This document shows, piece by piece, positions 10,097 to 22,265 of a stretch of 64,000 nucleotides of DNA. Every line of letters begins with the position of its first letter. Positions within the stretch are counted from its first letter, which is position 1. The notes under the pieces are model-generated. The model ran no database searches. It saw nothing but the letters and a program-made list of their open reading frames with translations, and was not told the origin of the DNA. The stretch lies in contig JAYNQW010000014.1 of assembly GCA_038114465.1 (NCBI GenBank), positions 13,453 through 77,452 on the forward strand, given 5' to 3'. The position numbers and the translations under genes were made by a program. This DNA is from Rhodospirillaceae bacterium. GTDB taxonomy: Bacteria > Pseudomonadota > Alphaproteobacteria > Rhodospirillales > CALINB01.

Positions 10097-10825
10097 CTAA
10101 AACGAAGGGATTAAGCGCACTTTTGTGCGATTACGGTGATCCACATATTCAAATTGTTTGTGCTGAAATGGCCGTTCCGGATAGTCCCGAATTTCGATGA
10201 TCGGGCGCACATTTCGCACCAGCTTATTTATTAAAGATTTTGCATTCTCAGCATGGGCATCCTTGACCAAAACATAGGTTGGATAATCTTCCGTTGTTAA
10301 TGCAAAAAAGTCATAACCCTCTTCAGCAACGAATTCATTGACGGCATCAACAACCCCAAATTGCAATTCCTGGACCTTTTTTTGGTTCGTATAGTCATGC
10401 CCCAATATTAAACCGTCATTTTTTAATTTTGGAGCAAATGCGCGCAAATCTTCCTTCACGGCCTCATAGGTATGCATTCCATCGAGGTAAATCCAATCAA
10501 AATAATTATCGGGAAACTGCGGGGCCGCTTCAGTCGATAATTCGCGATGCAACACAGCCCTGCCCTTCTTTTCGTGACGGCGAAATGCTCGCTTCACAAG
10601 TTGGTAGTTTTCTTCATGTTCTTTGTTTTGTGAGTTCGTTGGGTCATCCCGATAATCATCTCGATCGATAAACCGCCACGGATCAATTAAGTGAAATTTT
10701 GAAGGTTTGTTTTTCTTAAAAATTTCGCGCGAAAAATCACCCCGCCAAACACCAATCTCCGCAATCACACCCTGTTGAGGCAGTAAAGCCAAAAGATCGA
10801 CACGCGGCATGGGCAACAAATACAT
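10097..10825 (-). CDS. Class I SAM-dependent methyltransferase (TylF/Methyltransf_24-like)
   Basis: 242 aa with a SAM-binding-like VIAEIGVWRGDFS motif and IYLDGMHTYEAV...LILGHDY, as in sugar and macrolide O-methyltransferase-like proteins. Confidence 0.6.
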   Translation of the reverse strand: MYLLPMPRVDLLALLPQQGVIAEIGVWRGDFSREIFKKNKPSKFHLIDPWRFIDRDDYRDDPTNSQNKEHEENYQLVKRAFRRHEKKGRAVLHRELSTEAAPQFPDNYFDWIYLDGMHTYEAVKEDLRAFAPKLKNDGLILGHDYTNQKKVQELQFGVVDAVNEFVAEEGYDFFALTTEDYPTYVLVKDAHAENAKSLINKLVRNVRPIIEIRDYPERPFQHKQFEYVDHRNRTKVRLIPSF

Positions 10826-10875
10826 AACTAAATCCTAAAATTATTTAATCATTTTTGAAACACGACGTTAAAGCA

Positions 10876-11856
10876 CTAAGCATTTTGATTTTGATGCCAC
10901 TGCCAAGCCGTGCCGACAACGGTTTCAAGGTCGCTGTACTGTGACGACCATGAAAGCTCTTTTTGTGCCAGCGCCGTATCAGCAACAAGTGCGGCAGGAT
11001 CGCCGTCTCTACGCGGTCCAATTTTGACAGGAAAATCCCGGCCAGATATCTTTTTCACGCACGCAACAACATCCTTGACGGAAGAACCAATACCCGCGCC
11101 TAGATTGATAGCCGGCGGCAATTCACCAGTGATTAACTTTTCCATTGCCGTAACGTGCGCGACGGCTAAATCCGAGACATGAATATAATCACGCACGCAA
11201 CTACCGTCTTCAGTCGGATAGTCATCACCAAAGATTTTCACTTCTGGCAGCTGCCCCAATGCAGCACTAATAACCCGAGGGATTAAGTGTGTTTCCGGAT
11301 CATGATCCTCTCCGATTTCGCCCTCCGGATCGGCACCTGCTGCATTAAAATACCTTAGCGCAATTGAGTTCAATCCACCCGCTTGACGCTCTTCAGCCAA
11401 AATATTTTCGACCGCGAGTTTTGTTTCTCCGTACGGATTGATCGGCTGAACCGGCAAAGATTCATCGAGAACGCTTTGCTCAACATTTCCATAAAGCGTG
11501 CAGCTGCTCGAAAACACCATGACAGGACATTTCTTCGCCTTGATCACATCGATCAGGACTTTCGATCCATCTATATTGTTTCGTATATATTTTTCGGGAT
11601 CACGAACCGACTCTTCAACCAAACCGCAAGCAGCAAAGTGCAAAACCGCGACAGGTTGATAATCATTAAAAACACTTTCAAGAATTTCTTTTTCCAGCAG
11701 ATCGCCGAGCACTAAAGGCCCCCATTTGACCGCCCAATCGTGCCCCGTCGACAGATTATCATAGATCACCGGCTGATAGCCGTCTTCAAACAGGCGCTTA
11801 CAGGCATGACTGCCGATATACCCCGCACCACCAGTGACTAAGACGTGTTTTTTCAT
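10876..11856 (-). CDS. galE: UDP-glucose 4-epimerase
   Basis: 326 aa with an N-terminal GGAGYIGSH Rossmann motif and the YGETK catalytic motif. The architecture is that of an extended SDR. Confidence 0.85.
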   Translation of the reverse strand: MKKHVLVTGGAGYIGSHACKRLFEDGYQPVIYDNLSTGHDWAVKWGPLVLGDLLEKEILESVFNDYQPVAVLHFAACGLVEESVRDPEKYIRNNIDGSKVLIDVIKAKKCPVMVFSSSCTLYGNVEQSVLDESLPVQPINPYGETKLAVENILAEERQAGGLNSIALRYFNAAGADPEGEIGEDHDPETHLIPRVISAALGQLPEVKIFGDDYPTEDGSCVRDYIHVSDLAVAHVTAMEKLITGELPPAINLGAGIGSSVKDVVACVKKISGRDFPVKIGPRRDGDPAALVADTALAQKELSWSSQYSDLETVVGTAWQWHQNQNA

Positions 11857-11871
11857 CTTTATTCTGTTCGT

Positions 11872-12783
11872 TTATTGAAACGGCGCATCATCGTACCGAA
11901 GACGCGTCTTAACGGTACTATTTTGTGTTGTCGACAACGAAAATTCGCGGTTTTGAAAATCTTCTCCGGCCAGATGAACAATCCCCAACGGATGGAACGG
12001 CTCGTTCGGCTCGACCAGCAATCCGCTTTGAACATCGACCATGGGCGCTGCTAAGGCACAGAACCAATTGCACGTTGCCGGCAGCAATGCCGCGGGCGCC
12101 TTATCGCCGAAGACCACATGATTGATCGCCGTTTGTTCGACCAGCTTAAAATGCAAATACGGCCAGCCTTTACGCGGCCAAAGGGTTTTCCGGTGCAAGG
12201 CGCGCTTAATTGCATCGGCCCAAAGGCTCCAATGAGGAGCATCATGAGATAACGCGAACACGCCGGCATTGAGGATAGGATTGCGGCCCAGCCGGTCGGC
12301 TATTTTCCATCCGTAGGACCATTTGAAACTTTTAAAATTCTGCGTCCGGCCCAAGCGTTTCGGACGCTTGTAAAAAGTATTATAAGCCCGGTCGATTTGC
12401 GGCGTGATGGCCAGCTTCCCCTGCCGCGCCGCTTCGACATAAATTTCGACCGCCGACCAATCCTGAACCCAGGCATCGGCATCGATGAAATGATAAACAC
12501 CGTAGCCGGGGAAATAGCGCGGTAGGAAGGGGCGCGCAAGCAGTGCCCGAAAATGTGATGGAGCATTAAAACAAGTCGGGACGTCGATATCCCATTCGGG
12601 TTCAACACGATGAGCGACCCACGTGTCTAGCCATTCCGCCTGCTCTTCCGTAAACCCGAGATCGAGTACGGAAATCGGCACGGACTGCCCTTCAGGCTTA
12701 TCCTGAATCGACTCGATCAAGCCCTTCAAAAGATCGAAGTAATTTCGATCGGCTGCACAAACGATGGTAAAATTCTGACTCAC
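11872..12783 (-). CDS. Putative glycosyltransferase (GT8-like nucleotide-diphospho-sugar transferase fold)
   Basis: 303 aa with an N-terminal FTIVCAADRNY motif and a DxD-like IDADAW motif. It sits next to galE and a methyltransferase. The assignment is by motif only. Confidence 0.45.
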   Translation of the reverse strand: MSQNFTIVCAADRNYFDLLKGLIESIQDKPEGQSVPISVLDLGFTEEQAEWLDTWVAHRVEPEWDIDVPTCFNAPSHFRALLARPFLPRYFPGYGVYHFIDADAWVQDWSAVEIYVEAARQGKLAITPQIDRAYNTFYKRPKRLGRTQNFKSFKWSYGWKIADRLGRNPILNAGVFALSHDAPHWSLWADAIKRALHRKTLWPRKGWPYLHFKLVEQTAINHVVFGDKAPAALLPATCNWFCALAAPMVDVQSGLLVEPNEPFHPLGIVHLAGEDFQNREFSLSTTQNSTVKTRLRYDDAPFQ

Positions 12784-12792
12784 GTTTTGATA

Positions 12793-13359
12793 CTACTTCG
12801 TTGTTTCTTTATAAATGCTGAAGTCAACCTGCATCCAGGGCGGGTTTATATTGCTCAATTCTTTGTATACCGGGCAATCCTCTCGGTGGGCATTGGGTAA
12901 ATACCCAATACTCATTAGAAATTCACCGACGATTTCACCGCCCATAAACTTAAATTCTTTTTTACAAACTTTAACCCACTCGCTTTTGGGCAGTGGATGA
13001 TGAGATGCAATCCATTCGGCAAAACTATTGTGGGTTTCCCGAATATTTTGAATACGTTTCGCATTTTCGATAATGGAATTTATTTTTAACCGATTGCGGA
13101 TAATTCCTTCATTATTGAGCAGGCGCTTAATATCTTTGGCTTTGTAATTTGCGACACGGTCAACATCGAAACCATCGAAGGCATCAACCGTTGCCGAGCG
13201 CTTTTTGAGGACTAACAGCCAAGATAGACCCGCCTGAAATATCTCGAGAGACTGACGCTCGAACAAGGCCGCCTCACCGGTCAACGGAAAGCCGTATTCC
13301 TTGTCGTGATAAGGGCCATGCAAGGGATGGCCCGGCGCCGAGTCGCAATAAGAAGTCAT
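12793..13359 (-). CDS. tag: DNA-3-methyladenine glycosylase I
   Basis: YHDKEYGFP, LEIFQAGLSW and C-terminal Tag-like motifs are present. I chose the ATG at 13359, which matches Tag N-termini, rather than 13392, which would overlap the upstream gene. Confidence 0.85.
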   Translation of the reverse strand: MTSYCDSAPGHPLHGPYHDKEYGFPLTGEAALFERQSLEIFQAGLSWLLVLKKRSATVDAFDGFDVDRVANYKAKDIKRLLNNEGIIRNRLKINSIIENAKRIQNIRETHNSFAEWIASHHPLPKSEWVKVCKKEFKFMGGEIVGEFLMSIGYLPNAHREDCPVYKELSNINPPWMQVDFSIYKETTK

Positions 13360-13372
13360 TGTAATTAAAGAG

Positions 13373-13624
13373 CTATTTACCTTCCGGGCCAAAACCTATA
13401 TGACCGGCGTCAACCAACCAGTAAAACAAAGCAAAAACAGCAAGGGAAACCAATGTCGTCATCAGGGCTTTAAATAAAAGCCGTGCCTTTTTCGGCGCAC
13501 CGGCATCTTGACCTTGCAGAACATCATCGTGATCGATGACTTCACGCGAGCCGATGGGTAGGACCATAAAAAATATGAGCCACCACATAATGACAAAAAC
13601 GGCAATTGAACCGGTAACACTCAT
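13373..13624 (-). CDS. DUF1467 family small membrane protein
   Basis: 83 aa with two TM segments and MWWLIFFMVLPIG. It lies downstream of mce, as in other alphaproteobacteria by my recollection. Confidence 0.6.
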   Translation of the reverse strand: MSVTGSIAVFVIMWWLIFFMVLPIGSREVIDHDDVLQGQDAGAPKKARLLFKALMTTLVSLAVFALFYWLVDAGHIGFGPEGK

Positions 13625-14031
13625 TAAACTTCTTCCAACTCGATTAATGTGCCGTAAAAATCTTTTGGATGCAGAAACAGTATTTTTTTACCATGCGCTC
13701 CGACACGCGGTTCCCCATCACCTAATATACGCGCACCGTCCGCTTTAAGCTGGTCCCGCGCATCCATGATATTGTCCACCTCATAGCAGACATGATGAAT
13801 GCCACCATTCGGGTTGCGCTCAATAAAGTTTGCAATGGGTGATTTTTCCCCCAGCGCTTCCAACAATTCAATTTTCGTATTGCCGAGCGTTACAAACACG
13901 GTTGTAACACCTTGTTCAGGCATCGGCACAAACTCCGAAACCTCGGCGCCAAATTGATCGCGGTACAGATCTCGGGCCGCGCCCAAGTCCGGAACCGCGA
14001 TAGCGACATGATTTAAGTTTCCAATTTTCAT
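13624..14031 (-). CDS. mce: Methylmalonyl-CoA epimerase (VOC/glyoxalase family)
   Basis: 135 aa with LNHVAIAVPDL...GGIHHVCYEV...HPKDF.GTLIELEE, which is typical of Mce. Confidence 0.85.
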   Translation of the reverse strand: MKIGNLNHVAIAVPDLGAARDLYRDQFGAEVSEFVPMPEQGVTTVFVTLGNTKIELLEALGEKSPIANFIERNPNGGIHHVCYEVDNIMDARDQLKADGARILGDGEPRVGAHGKKILFLHPKDFYGTLIELEEV

Positions 14032-14034
14032 TTC

Positions 14035-15717
14035 TTACTCAATTTTTTTATTAACACGACTGACATGAACCATAGTGACGGGTTTCTTTTTTAAAGTCTC
14101 GCGAAAAGCCCGCCGGACCGCAATCCTCACGGCTTCATGAACGCTGGCATCATCCCGCCGTTCTTTCAGAGGCAGCCTTTTGACGGCCGCTTCGGCTATA
14201 TCGGGGATCATCAAATCGAAATCCTTATCTTCGTCTTCTAGCAATCCGACAGTCGATATCAGCGGATCTGCCAGGAATTTTCCATTTGAATCCAGTGTAA
14301 TCGAAACCGTAACCACGCCATTATAGAGCGCACGCTGACGGCTGCGCATTAAAGAACCGTCAATCGGTACCACCCGATTGCCCTCCAGCATCAAACGCCC
14401 CGACGGCACAGAATCAACAATACCGGATTCCCCCGGCCCCAGCCGGATCAACGAGCCGTTTTCCGGCACATGAACCGTTCGCACCTGACATGTTTTAGCT
14501 AGCTTTGCGTGTTCATGAAGATGGCGGGTTTCGCCGTGAACCGGTATCGAAACCTGCGGCCGAATGTAATCGTACATTTGCACCAACTCATCCCGGTTCG
14601 GGTGACCTGACACATGAACAAATGCTTCGTCCTCGGTAATTACGTCTATTTTCCGCCTGGCGAGTTCATTATGAACCCTGCTGATGGGAATCTCATTTCC
14701 CGGTATGATTTTCGAGGAACAGATAACCGTGTCGCCCTGGGATATGGAAACACGCGGATGATCGCCGCTCGCGATCCGCGACAGTGCCGCGCGTGGCTCA
14801 CCCTGGCTACCGGTGCAGATGATCAAGCATCTATCCTCTGGTAAATATCCAGCGTCTTCTTCATCCAGAAACGCCGGTACATCGCGTAAATAACCGTTTT
14901 CACGGGCCGCCTCGACAAACCGTTTTAAAGAACGACCGGCAAGGACGACATCACGGCCGTTTGCTTGCGCGGCTTTTGCAATGGTTTCGAGCCGCGCGAC
15001 ATTCGATGCAAAACACGTGACCAACACCCGCTGGGTACATTTTGAGATGATATCTTGAAGACTGCTCAACAAATCCTCTTCCGAGCCGGATGTCCCCGGC
15101 TGAAACACGTTAGTCGAGTCGCACACGATGGCAAGCACCCCGTCATCGCCGACACGACGCAAAGCCGCCTCGTCCGTAACCTCACCGATAACGGGGCCAG
15201 GATCCAGTTTCCAGTCCCCCGTATGCATCACAGTGCCAACCGGTGTTCGAATGGCGATGGCGTTAGGCTCCGGTATGGAATGCGTGAGTGTGATCAATTC
15301 CAAATCAAATTCACCAATCGAGAACCGCCCGCTGAGCTCAATTTCATGAATTGGAACCTCATCGAGGAGTCCGGCTTCATGAAGTTTCCGTTTTAATATC
15401 GACACCGTAAACGGCGTCGCGTAAATCGGGCACCTTAACCGTTCCCAAAGATAAGGTACCGCGCCTAAGTGATCTTCATGGGCATGGGTTAACACCAACG
15501 CATCGAGGCGTTCTCGCCGTTCGACGATATAACCGGGGTCCGGCATAATGACATCCACGCCCGGCGGAAAACCGTCGCCAAAGGTGACGCCCAAATCGAC
15601 CATAATCCACCGGTACTGATCCGGCAGACCATAGCCGTACAAATTTAAGTTCATACCGATCTCGCCAGCTCCGCCTAATGGCAGGAATACGAGTTCATCG
15701 GCCTTCTTGCGTGTCAT
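14035..15717 (-). CDS. rnj: Ribonuclease J
   Basis: 560 aa metallo-beta-lactamase/beta-CASP protein with HAHEDHLGA and an RNase J C-terminal domain. Confidence 0.9.
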   Translation of the reverse strand: MTRKKADELVFLPLGGAGEIGMNLNLYGYGLPDQYRWIMVDLGVTFGDGFPPGVDVIMPDPGYIVERRERLDALVLTHAHEDHLGAVPYLWERLRCPIYATPFTVSILKRKLHEAGLLDEVPIHEIELSGRFSIGEFDLELITLTHSIPEPNAIAIRTPVGTVMHTGDWKLDPGPVIGEVTDEAALRRVGDDGVLAIVCDSTNVFQPGTSGSEEDLLSSLQDIISKCTQRVLVTCFASNVARLETIAKAAQANGRDVVLAGRSLKRFVEAARENGYLRDVPAFLDEEDAGYLPEDRCLIICTGSQGEPRAALSRIASGDHPRVSISQGDTVICSSKIIPGNEIPISRVHNELARRKIDVITEDEAFVHVSGHPNRDELVQMYDYIRPQVSIPVHGETRHLHEHAKLAKTCQVRTVHVPENGSLIRLGPGESGIVDSVPSGRLMLEGNRVVPIDGSLMRSRQRALYNGVVTVSITLDSNGKFLADPLISTVGLLEDEDKDFDLMIPDIAEAAVKRLPLKERRDDASVHEAVRIAVRRAFRETLKKKPVTMVHVSRVNKKIE

Positions 15718-16488
15718 TTAGGCGTTTCGTTTGTGAATGAGGTAAAGCCCTTTGAGCGTCAAGTCCGGATCAGCGGCGGAAATGCAGTCAGTCGCGTTTA
15801 AAAAGAACGATGCCAGCCCCCCGGTTGCAACAACGTTCATTTTAGCACCGAATTCTTCTTCGATACGCCGAACCATGCCCTCAATCATGCTGACATAGCC
15901 CCAAAAAATACCGGATTTCATCGCCGGCACTGTGCTTTTACCGATAACCGAATCCGGTTTACTGACGGCTACGCGTGGCAATTGCGCCGCCGCCTGATGC
16001 AAGGCTTCCAATGATAAATTAATACCCGGCGCTATAACCCCGCCATAGTAATTACCATTTTGATCAATGACATCAAATGTTGTCGCCGTGCCGAAATCGA
16101 GAATGATTAACGGGCCGCCATGTGCATCATGCGCTGCGATAGCGTTTACAAGACGGTCCGAGCCCACTTCGCTCGGGTGATCGACCAAAACGTCTATACC
16201 AAGGTCAATATTGGCGTCACCAATCGTTAATGGATCGCAAGAAAAATACCGCTGACAAAGACTTTTCAAAGAAAACAACGTCGCCGGAACAACAGTCGCA
16301 ATAATAGCGGCGTCGATATCGCTTCGTTTTAATCCGTTCTCTTCCATTAATTGCGATAGCCAAACACTATATTCATCGGCTGTGCGATCGGCATTGGTCG
16401 ACGCGCGCCATTCACCACGTTTCTCGCCGTCATCATCAAAGATGGCAAAAACGATGTTGGTGTTTCCTGAATCAATGGCAAGCAACAT
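15718..16488 (-). CDS. coaX: Type III pantothenate kinase
   Basis: 256 aa with an N-terminal [10 protein letters not shown] and DFGTATTFD, which are CoaX hallmarks. Confidence 0.9.
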   Translation of the reverse strand: MLLAIDSGNTNIVFAIFDDDGEKRGEWRASTNADRTADEYSVWLSQLMEENGLKRSDIDAAIIATVVPATLFSLKSLCQRYFSCDPLTIGDANIDLGIDVLVDHPSEVGSDRLVNAIAAHDAHGGPLIILDFGTATTFDVIDQNGNYYGGVIAPGINLSLEALHQAAAQLPRVAVSKPDSVIGKSTVPAMKSGIFWGYVSMIEGMVRRIEEEFGAKMNVVATGGLASFFLNATDCISAADPDLTLKGLYLIHKRNA

Positions 16489-16494
16489 GCCCGA

Positions 16495-17280
16495 TTAATC
16501 CGCTATTTGTCGAACCGATGGGTCGAAGTAAACATCACCCGCGGCAATATGTCGACGGTTCCCGTGATCGTTAAGGATTAAAGAACCCTGCGGATCAAGG
16601 GTTTCAAAGACACCGGAATACGTTTCCGTCGCCAGACGAACCGTCGCCGTTTCACCAAAACCAAAGGCCTTGTCGAGCCAGGCTTGGCGAATTGTTTGAA
16701 ACCCCTCGGTCAGCCAGATGGCATACCAACGCGAAAATTGATCGCACAACATTTCAAGAAAGCTCTCGGTACTGACGTCACTCAAACCCTCTGCTTTTAG
16801 CGATGTCGCCTGAAATTCAGTATTAGTGGGAAAATGTTCGATATTGACACCGATACCAGCAACGATGCTGGCTTGGTCATGGTTGTTACGGGGAATCATT
16901 TCAAGAAGAATTCCTGAGGCTTTTTTACCACCAATCAAAACATCATTGGGCCATTTGCATTGAACATGATTGGCGATGTTTTGATTCTGAAATTGCTTAT
17001 CTATTGTTTTCGCAACACTAACAGCTAAAACAAAACTCAACTGCGATGCTTCATGGACCGGACGATCGGGCTTCAGGATAAACGAGCAATATAGATTTCC
17101 TGGATCTGAGACCCATGACCGGCCGCGCCGGCCATGACCTTGTTCTTGGGATTGAGCCCAGACCAGGGTGCCGTGCGCCGCACCGGTTTCAGCAAGACGT
17201 TTGGCTTCCTCATTGGTACTATCAATGGAATCGTAGGCAATGAGAGAAAACAATCCAGGCAGCTGGAGGTCGTTCATCAT
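16495..17280 (-). CDS. birA: Biotin--[acetyl-CoA-carboxylase] ligase
   Basis: 261 aa with GRRGRSW and KWPNDV motifs. It lacks an N-terminal HTH domain (group I ligase). Its start overlaps the nuoN stop by 4 nt. Confidence 0.85.
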   Translation of the reverse strand: MMNDLQLPGLFSLIAYDSIDSTNEEAKRLAETGAAHGTLVWAQSQEQGHGRRGRSWVSDPGNLYCSFILKPDRPVHEASQLSFVLAVSVAKTIDKQFQNQNIANHVQCKWPNDVLIGGKKASGILLEMIPRNNHDQASIVAGIGVNIEHFPTNTEFQATSLKAEGLSDVSTESFLEMLCDQFSRWYAIWLTEGFQTIRQAWLDKAFGFGETATVRLATETYSGVFETLDPQGSLILNDHGNRRHIAAGDVYFDPSVRQIAD

Positions 17281-18770
17281 CCAGCGAACAAAGCTTTCGC
17301 AGCCATTTGTGCGCTATTTAGCAGCGGGCCGGGGAAAGCAAAAAATAACAAGACGGCAATACTCGTGCCAGCCAAAACCCAACGGATTTCAGGGCCAATG
17401 GATTGATCCAAAGGCTCAACGACATCATCAAAATACATCACCTTAATGATCCGAAGATAATAAAAGGCGGCAACGACGCTGCTTAAAACGCCGATAACGG
17501 CCAGCAAATAAAGCTCGGCCTCGATCGCGGCGAGGAAAATGTAGAGTTTACCGAAGAATCCGGCCAGCGGCGGAATGCCGGCCATTGAAAACATAAATAT
17601 GGCAAAGGCAAAGGCCAGCATTGGATGGGTTTTCGATAATCCAGCCAAGTCATCAATGTCTTCGACCATACGATGACTTTGACGCATGCAAAGGATGCAT
17701 GCAAAGGTACCGATGCTCATGACAAGATAGATCGCCATGTAAATTAATACGCCCCGGACACCAACCTCATTACCGACGGCAATACCGATTAAGGCATACC
17801 CGACATGACCGATTGAGCTGTAGGCCATCAGCCGTTTAATATTGCGTTGGTTGATCGCAGCAAAAGCGCCGAGCACCATTGACGCCAAGGAGATAAAGAC
17901 AATGATTTGCTGCCATTGTGCCAAAAGGTCGCCAAAGGGCCCGATCATGACACGCAGGAATAGCGCTATGGCCGCGAGCTTTGGTCCAACAGCAAAAAAA
18001 GCGGTGACCGGTGTCGGGGCGCCCTCATAAACATCCGGCGTCCACATATGAAACGGCACGGCCGAAACTTTGAAGGCAAGGCCCGCTATGATAAAGACAA
18101 GCCCGAAGATAAGTCCGACACCAGGTGCCTGCCCTTGCTGTTCGGCAAAGAAAATCGCAAGCTGGGTGAAATTCGTCGTGCCGGTAAAGCCATAAACCAA
18201 CGAGCTGCCGTAGAGCAGCATGCCTGAAGCGAGCGCGCCCAGGACAAAGTATTTAAGCCCCGCCTCTGTAGAACGGGTATCTTCCCGCTGAAACGCGGCT
18301 AGCACGTATAACGACAAGCTAAGCATCTCAAGGCCAAGATAGAGAGAGATCAAATCATTGGCCGAGATCATCATCATCATGCCGATACTGGCAAACAGGA
18401 CCAGCACGCAAAACTCGTATCGGGCAATGCCATGACTTTCGAGGTACCGTTGCGCAATGACCAAGGTCAGCGCCGAAGCAATCAAAACAAAAAATTTAAA
18501 AAAGACCGCGAATGGATCCGTAATAAAGAGCTCATTGAATACGATCATGCGCCCGCCGGAAACGACCGGCCATAACAGCACCAACGTCAGCAATAGCGTT
18601 AAAATTCCAAGGTTGGTCACCATCCGGGAATTTTTGGCTTCCGTTTCGACTTCTTTGCTTTTTACACCGACATTTTGGAAGACACCGAGCATCAACAACG
18701 CCATGGCTACGGTTACCAGAAATAATTCTGGTATCGCCGGTGCTAAGTTGGGGATCGATGCGGGTAACAT
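17277..18770 (-). CDS. nuoN: NADH-quinone oxidoreductase subunit N
   Basis: 497 aa antiporter-like subunit and the last gene of the nuo operon. Confidence 0.95.
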   Translation of the reverse strand: MLPASIPNLAPAIPELFLVTVAMALLMLGVFQNVGVKSKEVETEAKNSRMVTNLGILTLLLTLVLLWPVVSGGRMIVFNELFITDPFAVFFKFFVLIASALTLVIAQRYLESHGIARYEFCVLVLFASIGMMMMISANDLISLYLGLEMLSLSLYVLAAFQREDTRSTEAGLKYFVLGALASGMLLYGSSLVYGFTGTTNFTQLAIFFAEQQGQAPGVGLIFGLVFIIAGLAFKVSAVPFHMWTPDVYEGAPTPVTAFFAVGPKLAAIALFLRVMIGPFGDLLAQWQQIIVFISLASMVLGAFAAINQRNIKRLMAYSSIGHVGYALIGIAVGNEVGVRGVLIYMAIYLVMSIGTFACILCMRQSHRMVEDIDDLAGLSKTHPMLAFAFAIFMFSMAGIPPLAGFFGKLYIFLAAIEAELYLLAVIGVLSSVVAAFYYLRIIKVMYFDDVVEPLDQSIGPEIRWVLAGTSIAVLLFFAFPGPLLNSAQMAAKALFAG

Positions 18771-18785
18771 GGTGGCTTCCTCTAT

Positions 18786-20297
18786 TTATTGGGCTGCGAG
18801 CATGGCGCCGCTCGCGGACTGGGCCACTTTCATTTGTTGAACAAGATTCTCGACCGAAACGTGCATAACATCGAGGAACGAGCTGGGGTAAATCCCCATC
18901 CAAAATACGAGAATGATGAGAGGCGCAAACACGGCGATCTCCCGAGGACTCAAGTCCTTTATCTTCTTAAGATTATCTTTTGTGAGCTCGCCGAAGATCA
19001 CTCGCCGATAGAGATACAGCATGTAAGCAGCACCAAGGATGACGCCCGTCGCGATCAAGGCGCAAACCCAAGCATTCACTTGAAAAACGCCGACTAGGAC
19101 TAAGATCTCGCCGACAAAACCACCCGTTCCCGGCAGGCCGACCGAAGCCAACATAAATATCATAAAGCCAAGAGCGTACACCGGCATCCGGTATACAAGC
19201 CCGCCGTAAGTCGCAATGTCTCGCGAATGCAAACGGTCATAAACCACGCCAACGACCAAGAACAAAGCCGCCGACACGATACCGTGGCTCAGCATTTGAT
19301 AAATGCCCCCTTCGATGCCCTGAACATTCAAGGTAAACACACCGACCGTGACGAAGCCCATATGGGCAACCGAAGAATAAGCAATGAGTTTTTTCATATC
19401 TTCCTGCGCCAAAGCGACAAGCGAGGTGTAAATCACCGCAATGACACTGAGGGTAAAAATCAGCGGTGCAAACTCAACCGTTGCATCAGGAAACATCGGC
19501 AGTGAAAAACGTATGAATCCATAACCGCCGAATTTCAGTAAGACACCAGCCAAAATAACCGAACCCGCCGTCGGTGCTTCCACGTGGGCATCCGGCAACC
19601 AGGTATGAACCGGCCACATCGGCACCTTCACGGCGAAGGAGGCGAAAAACGCCAACCATAGCCAGGTTTGCATGCCGACCGGGAAACTATACTTCATGAG
19701 TGTCGGGATATCCGTCGTGCCCGCCTTGAAGAACATGGCGAGAATGGCCAGCAGCATGAGAACCGAGCCAAGCAATGTATAAAGGAAGAATTTAAAGGAT
19801 GAATATACCCGGCGCGGCCCACCCCAGACGCCAATAACCAAGAACATTGGAATCAGCACGCCTTCGAAGAATATATAGAAGACGATTAAATCCAGCGCGC
19901 AGAACATGCCGACCATCATGGTTTCCATCACCAAAAAGGCGATCATGTATTCTTTCACGCGAACTTTAATGGATTCCCAGCTCGCCAAAACACAGATCGG
20001 CGTCAGCAACGTCGTCAGAAGCACAAACAGCATCGAAATGCCGTCGAGCCCCATATGATAGGAGATATTGAAGCCTGGCATCCATTCGACACGCTCCACG
20101 AATTGGAACGCCGATGTTGAACGGTCAAATTGGAACCAAATAATCAGTGACAGTAAAAACGTGATAACGGACGTCCAGAGCGCAACGTTGCGCGTATTCC
20201 GAATGACCGTTTCTTCATCGCCACGAATGGTGAGAATAAATAGTGCCCCGACCAGCGGCAGGAACGTGATAAGCGAAAGTAAGGGGATTTCTGCCAT
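18786..20297 (-). CDS. nuoM: NADH-quinone oxidoreductase subunit M
   Basis: 503 aa antiporter-like subunit in the expected operon position. Confidence 0.95.
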   Translation of the reverse strand: MAEIPLLSLITFLPLVGALFILTIRGDEETVIRNTRNVALWTSVITFLLSLIIWFQFDRSTSAFQFVERVEWMPGFNISYHMGLDGISMLFVLLTTLLTPICVLASWESIKVRVKEYMIAFLVMETMMVGMFCALDLIVFYIFFEGVLIPMFLVIGVWGGPRRVYSSFKFFLYTLLGSVLMLLAILAMFFKAGTTDIPTLMKYSFPVGMQTWLWLAFFASFAVKVPMWPVHTWLPDAHVEAPTAGSVILAGVLLKFGGYGFIRFSLPMFPDATVEFAPLIFTLSVIAVIYTSLVALAQEDMKKLIAYSSVAHMGFVTVGVFTLNVQGIEGGIYQMLSHGIVSAALFLVVGVVYDRLHSRDIATYGGLVYRMPVYALGFMIFMLASVGLPGTGGFVGEILVLVGVFQVNAWVCALIATGVILGAAYMLYLYRRVIFGELTKDNLKKIKDLSPREIAVFAPLIILVFWMGIYPSSFLDVMHVSVENLVQQMKVAQSASGAMLAAQ

Positions 20298-20301
20298 AAC
20301 C

Positions 20302-22260
20302 TTAGCTCACCAATGTAAAGAGATAGAAAGTGATCAACACGACAACGCCAATCAGCATGGCGAAGGCATAGTGATAGAGATATCCACTTTGTAGCGCGCC
20401 TGCTTTCTTCGCAACGGATTGGGTGGTTGACGCGATACCGTCCGGGCCGATCCCGTCGATAATATCACCGTCACCGGTTTTCCAAAGCCCCCGGCCCAAC
20501 CGGAATGCCGGACGAACAAACAGGGCATCGTACAATTCGTCGAAGTACCATTTGTTGAGCAGGAATTGATAAAGCTTTTGAAAACGCGCCGCGATACGGG
20601 ACGGCAGATCCGGTGCCATCACATAGAGAACAACCGCAAGGCCGATGCCCGCCGCACCGACAACCAGCGGCGATAATTTAACCCATAAGGGGACATCATG
20701 CGCCTTTTCAAGCGCGGTGTGTTCGGGGGAGACAAAGATCGCCGAAAGCCAGAAGTCGCTGGCACCCTGCCCGACAAAGGCTTCATAACCAATGTAACCG
20801 GCAAAACAAGCTCCGGTGGCAAGCAACATTAAAGGAATTAACATGACTTTCGGTGATTCATGCACATGCGCCATCACCGTTTCGTCAGCGCGCGGCGTAC
20901 CATGGAAAGTCATAAACAACAAACGCCATGAGTAAAACGCGGTCATGAAAGCTGCCAAAATCCCCAGCCAGAATGCGTAGTAGCCAACACCGGATTCGGC
21001 TGCGTATGCCGCTTCTAAAATAATATCTTTTGAATAGAAGCCGGCGAATGGCCAGACACCGGCCAGAGCTAATGAGCCGATCCACATGACCGCATATGTG
21101 ACCGGCACCATCTTCCAAATGCCACCCATTTTACGCATGTCCTGCTCATCGGACATGGCATGAATGACGGAACCCGCGCCCAAGAACAGTAAGGCTTTAA
21201 AGAATGCGTGGGTCATGAGATGAAACACACCGGCTGAGTACGCCGAAACACCGCACGCGAAAAACATGTAACCAAGTTGTGAGCAGGTCGAATAAGCAAT
21301 AACGCGTTTGATGTCGTTTTGCACACACCCGATGGTCGCTGCAAAAAACGCGGTCGATGCGCCGACAATGGTAACTGTGGCCAAGGCGACATCGGAAAAC
21401 TCGAACAGCGGCGATAGCCGCGCCACCATAAAGACGCCGGCGGTCACCATGGTAGCAGCATGGATGAGCGCAGAAACCGGTGTCGGACCTTCCATCGCAT
21501 CAGGCAGCCACGTATGCAGGCCCAATTGAGCGGATTTACCCATGGCGCCGACGAACAATAACAAGCAAATAATCGTGAGGGCGTGGAACTCGGTGCCAAA
21601 GATGTTCAGCGTCGCACCGGCTTTTCCTGGAGCGGCGGCAAAAATCGTATCGAGATTGATGGACTGGAATAGCATAAAGGTCGCGAAGATACCGAGCGCG
21701 AATCCGAAATCGCCGACCCGGTTGACCAAAAACGCCTTAATCGCAGCGGCATTTGCCGACGGCCGGTCATACCAAAAACCGATGAGCAAGTAAGATGCAA
21801 GCCCAACCCCTTCCCAGCCGAAGAAGAGTTGAACCAAGTTATCCGCCGTCACCAGCATCAACATAAAAAATGTAAACAGACTCAGGTAACAAAAGAACCG
21901 CGGACGGGCCGGATCGTGATGCATATAACCGATGGAATAGACATGAATGATGGCCGAAATGTTACAAACCACCAGCAGCATTACCGCGGTTAGTGTGTCG
22001 AGCTTCAGGGCCCAAGAAATTTCAAAAGCACCTGAATCAATCCAGGTGAACCAATGAACTGTACGGACATTGTCTTGAAAGACGACATCATAAAAAACAT
22101 AGATAGCGCAGGCAGCCGATAAAATCATAGCGCCGCAGGAAATGAGATAAGCCGTGCGTTCGGTTTTTTCCTTCGCGACATCGTCTTCGGGCGTCACAAA
22201 CGACAAACACCCGGCGATAAAAGAGCCAATCAGCGGAAGAAGGACACAAAGTGTTGCCAT
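20302..22260 (-). CDS. nuoL: NADH-quinone oxidoreductase subunit L
   Basis: 652 aa antiporter-like subunit with a C-terminal lateral-helix extension. Confidence 0.95.
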   Translation of the reverse strand: MATLCVLLPLIGSFIAGCLSFVTPEDDVAKEKTERTAYLISCGAMILSAACAIYVFYDVVFQDNVRTVHWFTWIDSGAFEISWALKLDTLTAVMLLVVCNISAIIHVYSIGYMHHDPARPRFFCYLSLFTFFMLMLVTADNLVQLFFGWEGVGLASYLLIGFWYDRPSANAAAIKAFLVNRVGDFGFALGIFATFMLFQSINLDTIFAAAPGKAGATLNIFGTEFHALTIICLLLFVGAMGKSAQLGLHTWLPDAMEGPTPVSALIHAATMVTAGVFMVARLSPLFEFSDVALATVTIVGASTAFFAATIGCVQNDIKRVIAYSTCSQLGYMFFACGVSAYSAGVFHLMTHAFFKALLFLGAGSVIHAMSDEQDMRKMGGIWKMVPVTYAVMWIGSLALAGVWPFAGFYSKDIILEAAYAAESGVGYYAFWLGILAAFMTAFYSWRLLFMTFHGTPRADETVMAHVHESPKVMLIPLMLLATGACFAGYIGYEAFVGQGASDFWLSAIFVSPEHTALEKAHDVPLWVKLSPLVVGAAGIGLAVVLYVMAPDLPSRIAARFQKLYQFLLNKWYFDELYDALFVRPAFRLGRGLWKTGDGDIIDGIGPDGIASTTQSVAKKAGALQSGYLYHYAFAMLIGVVVLITFYLFTLVS

Positions 22261-22265
22261 GCGGC

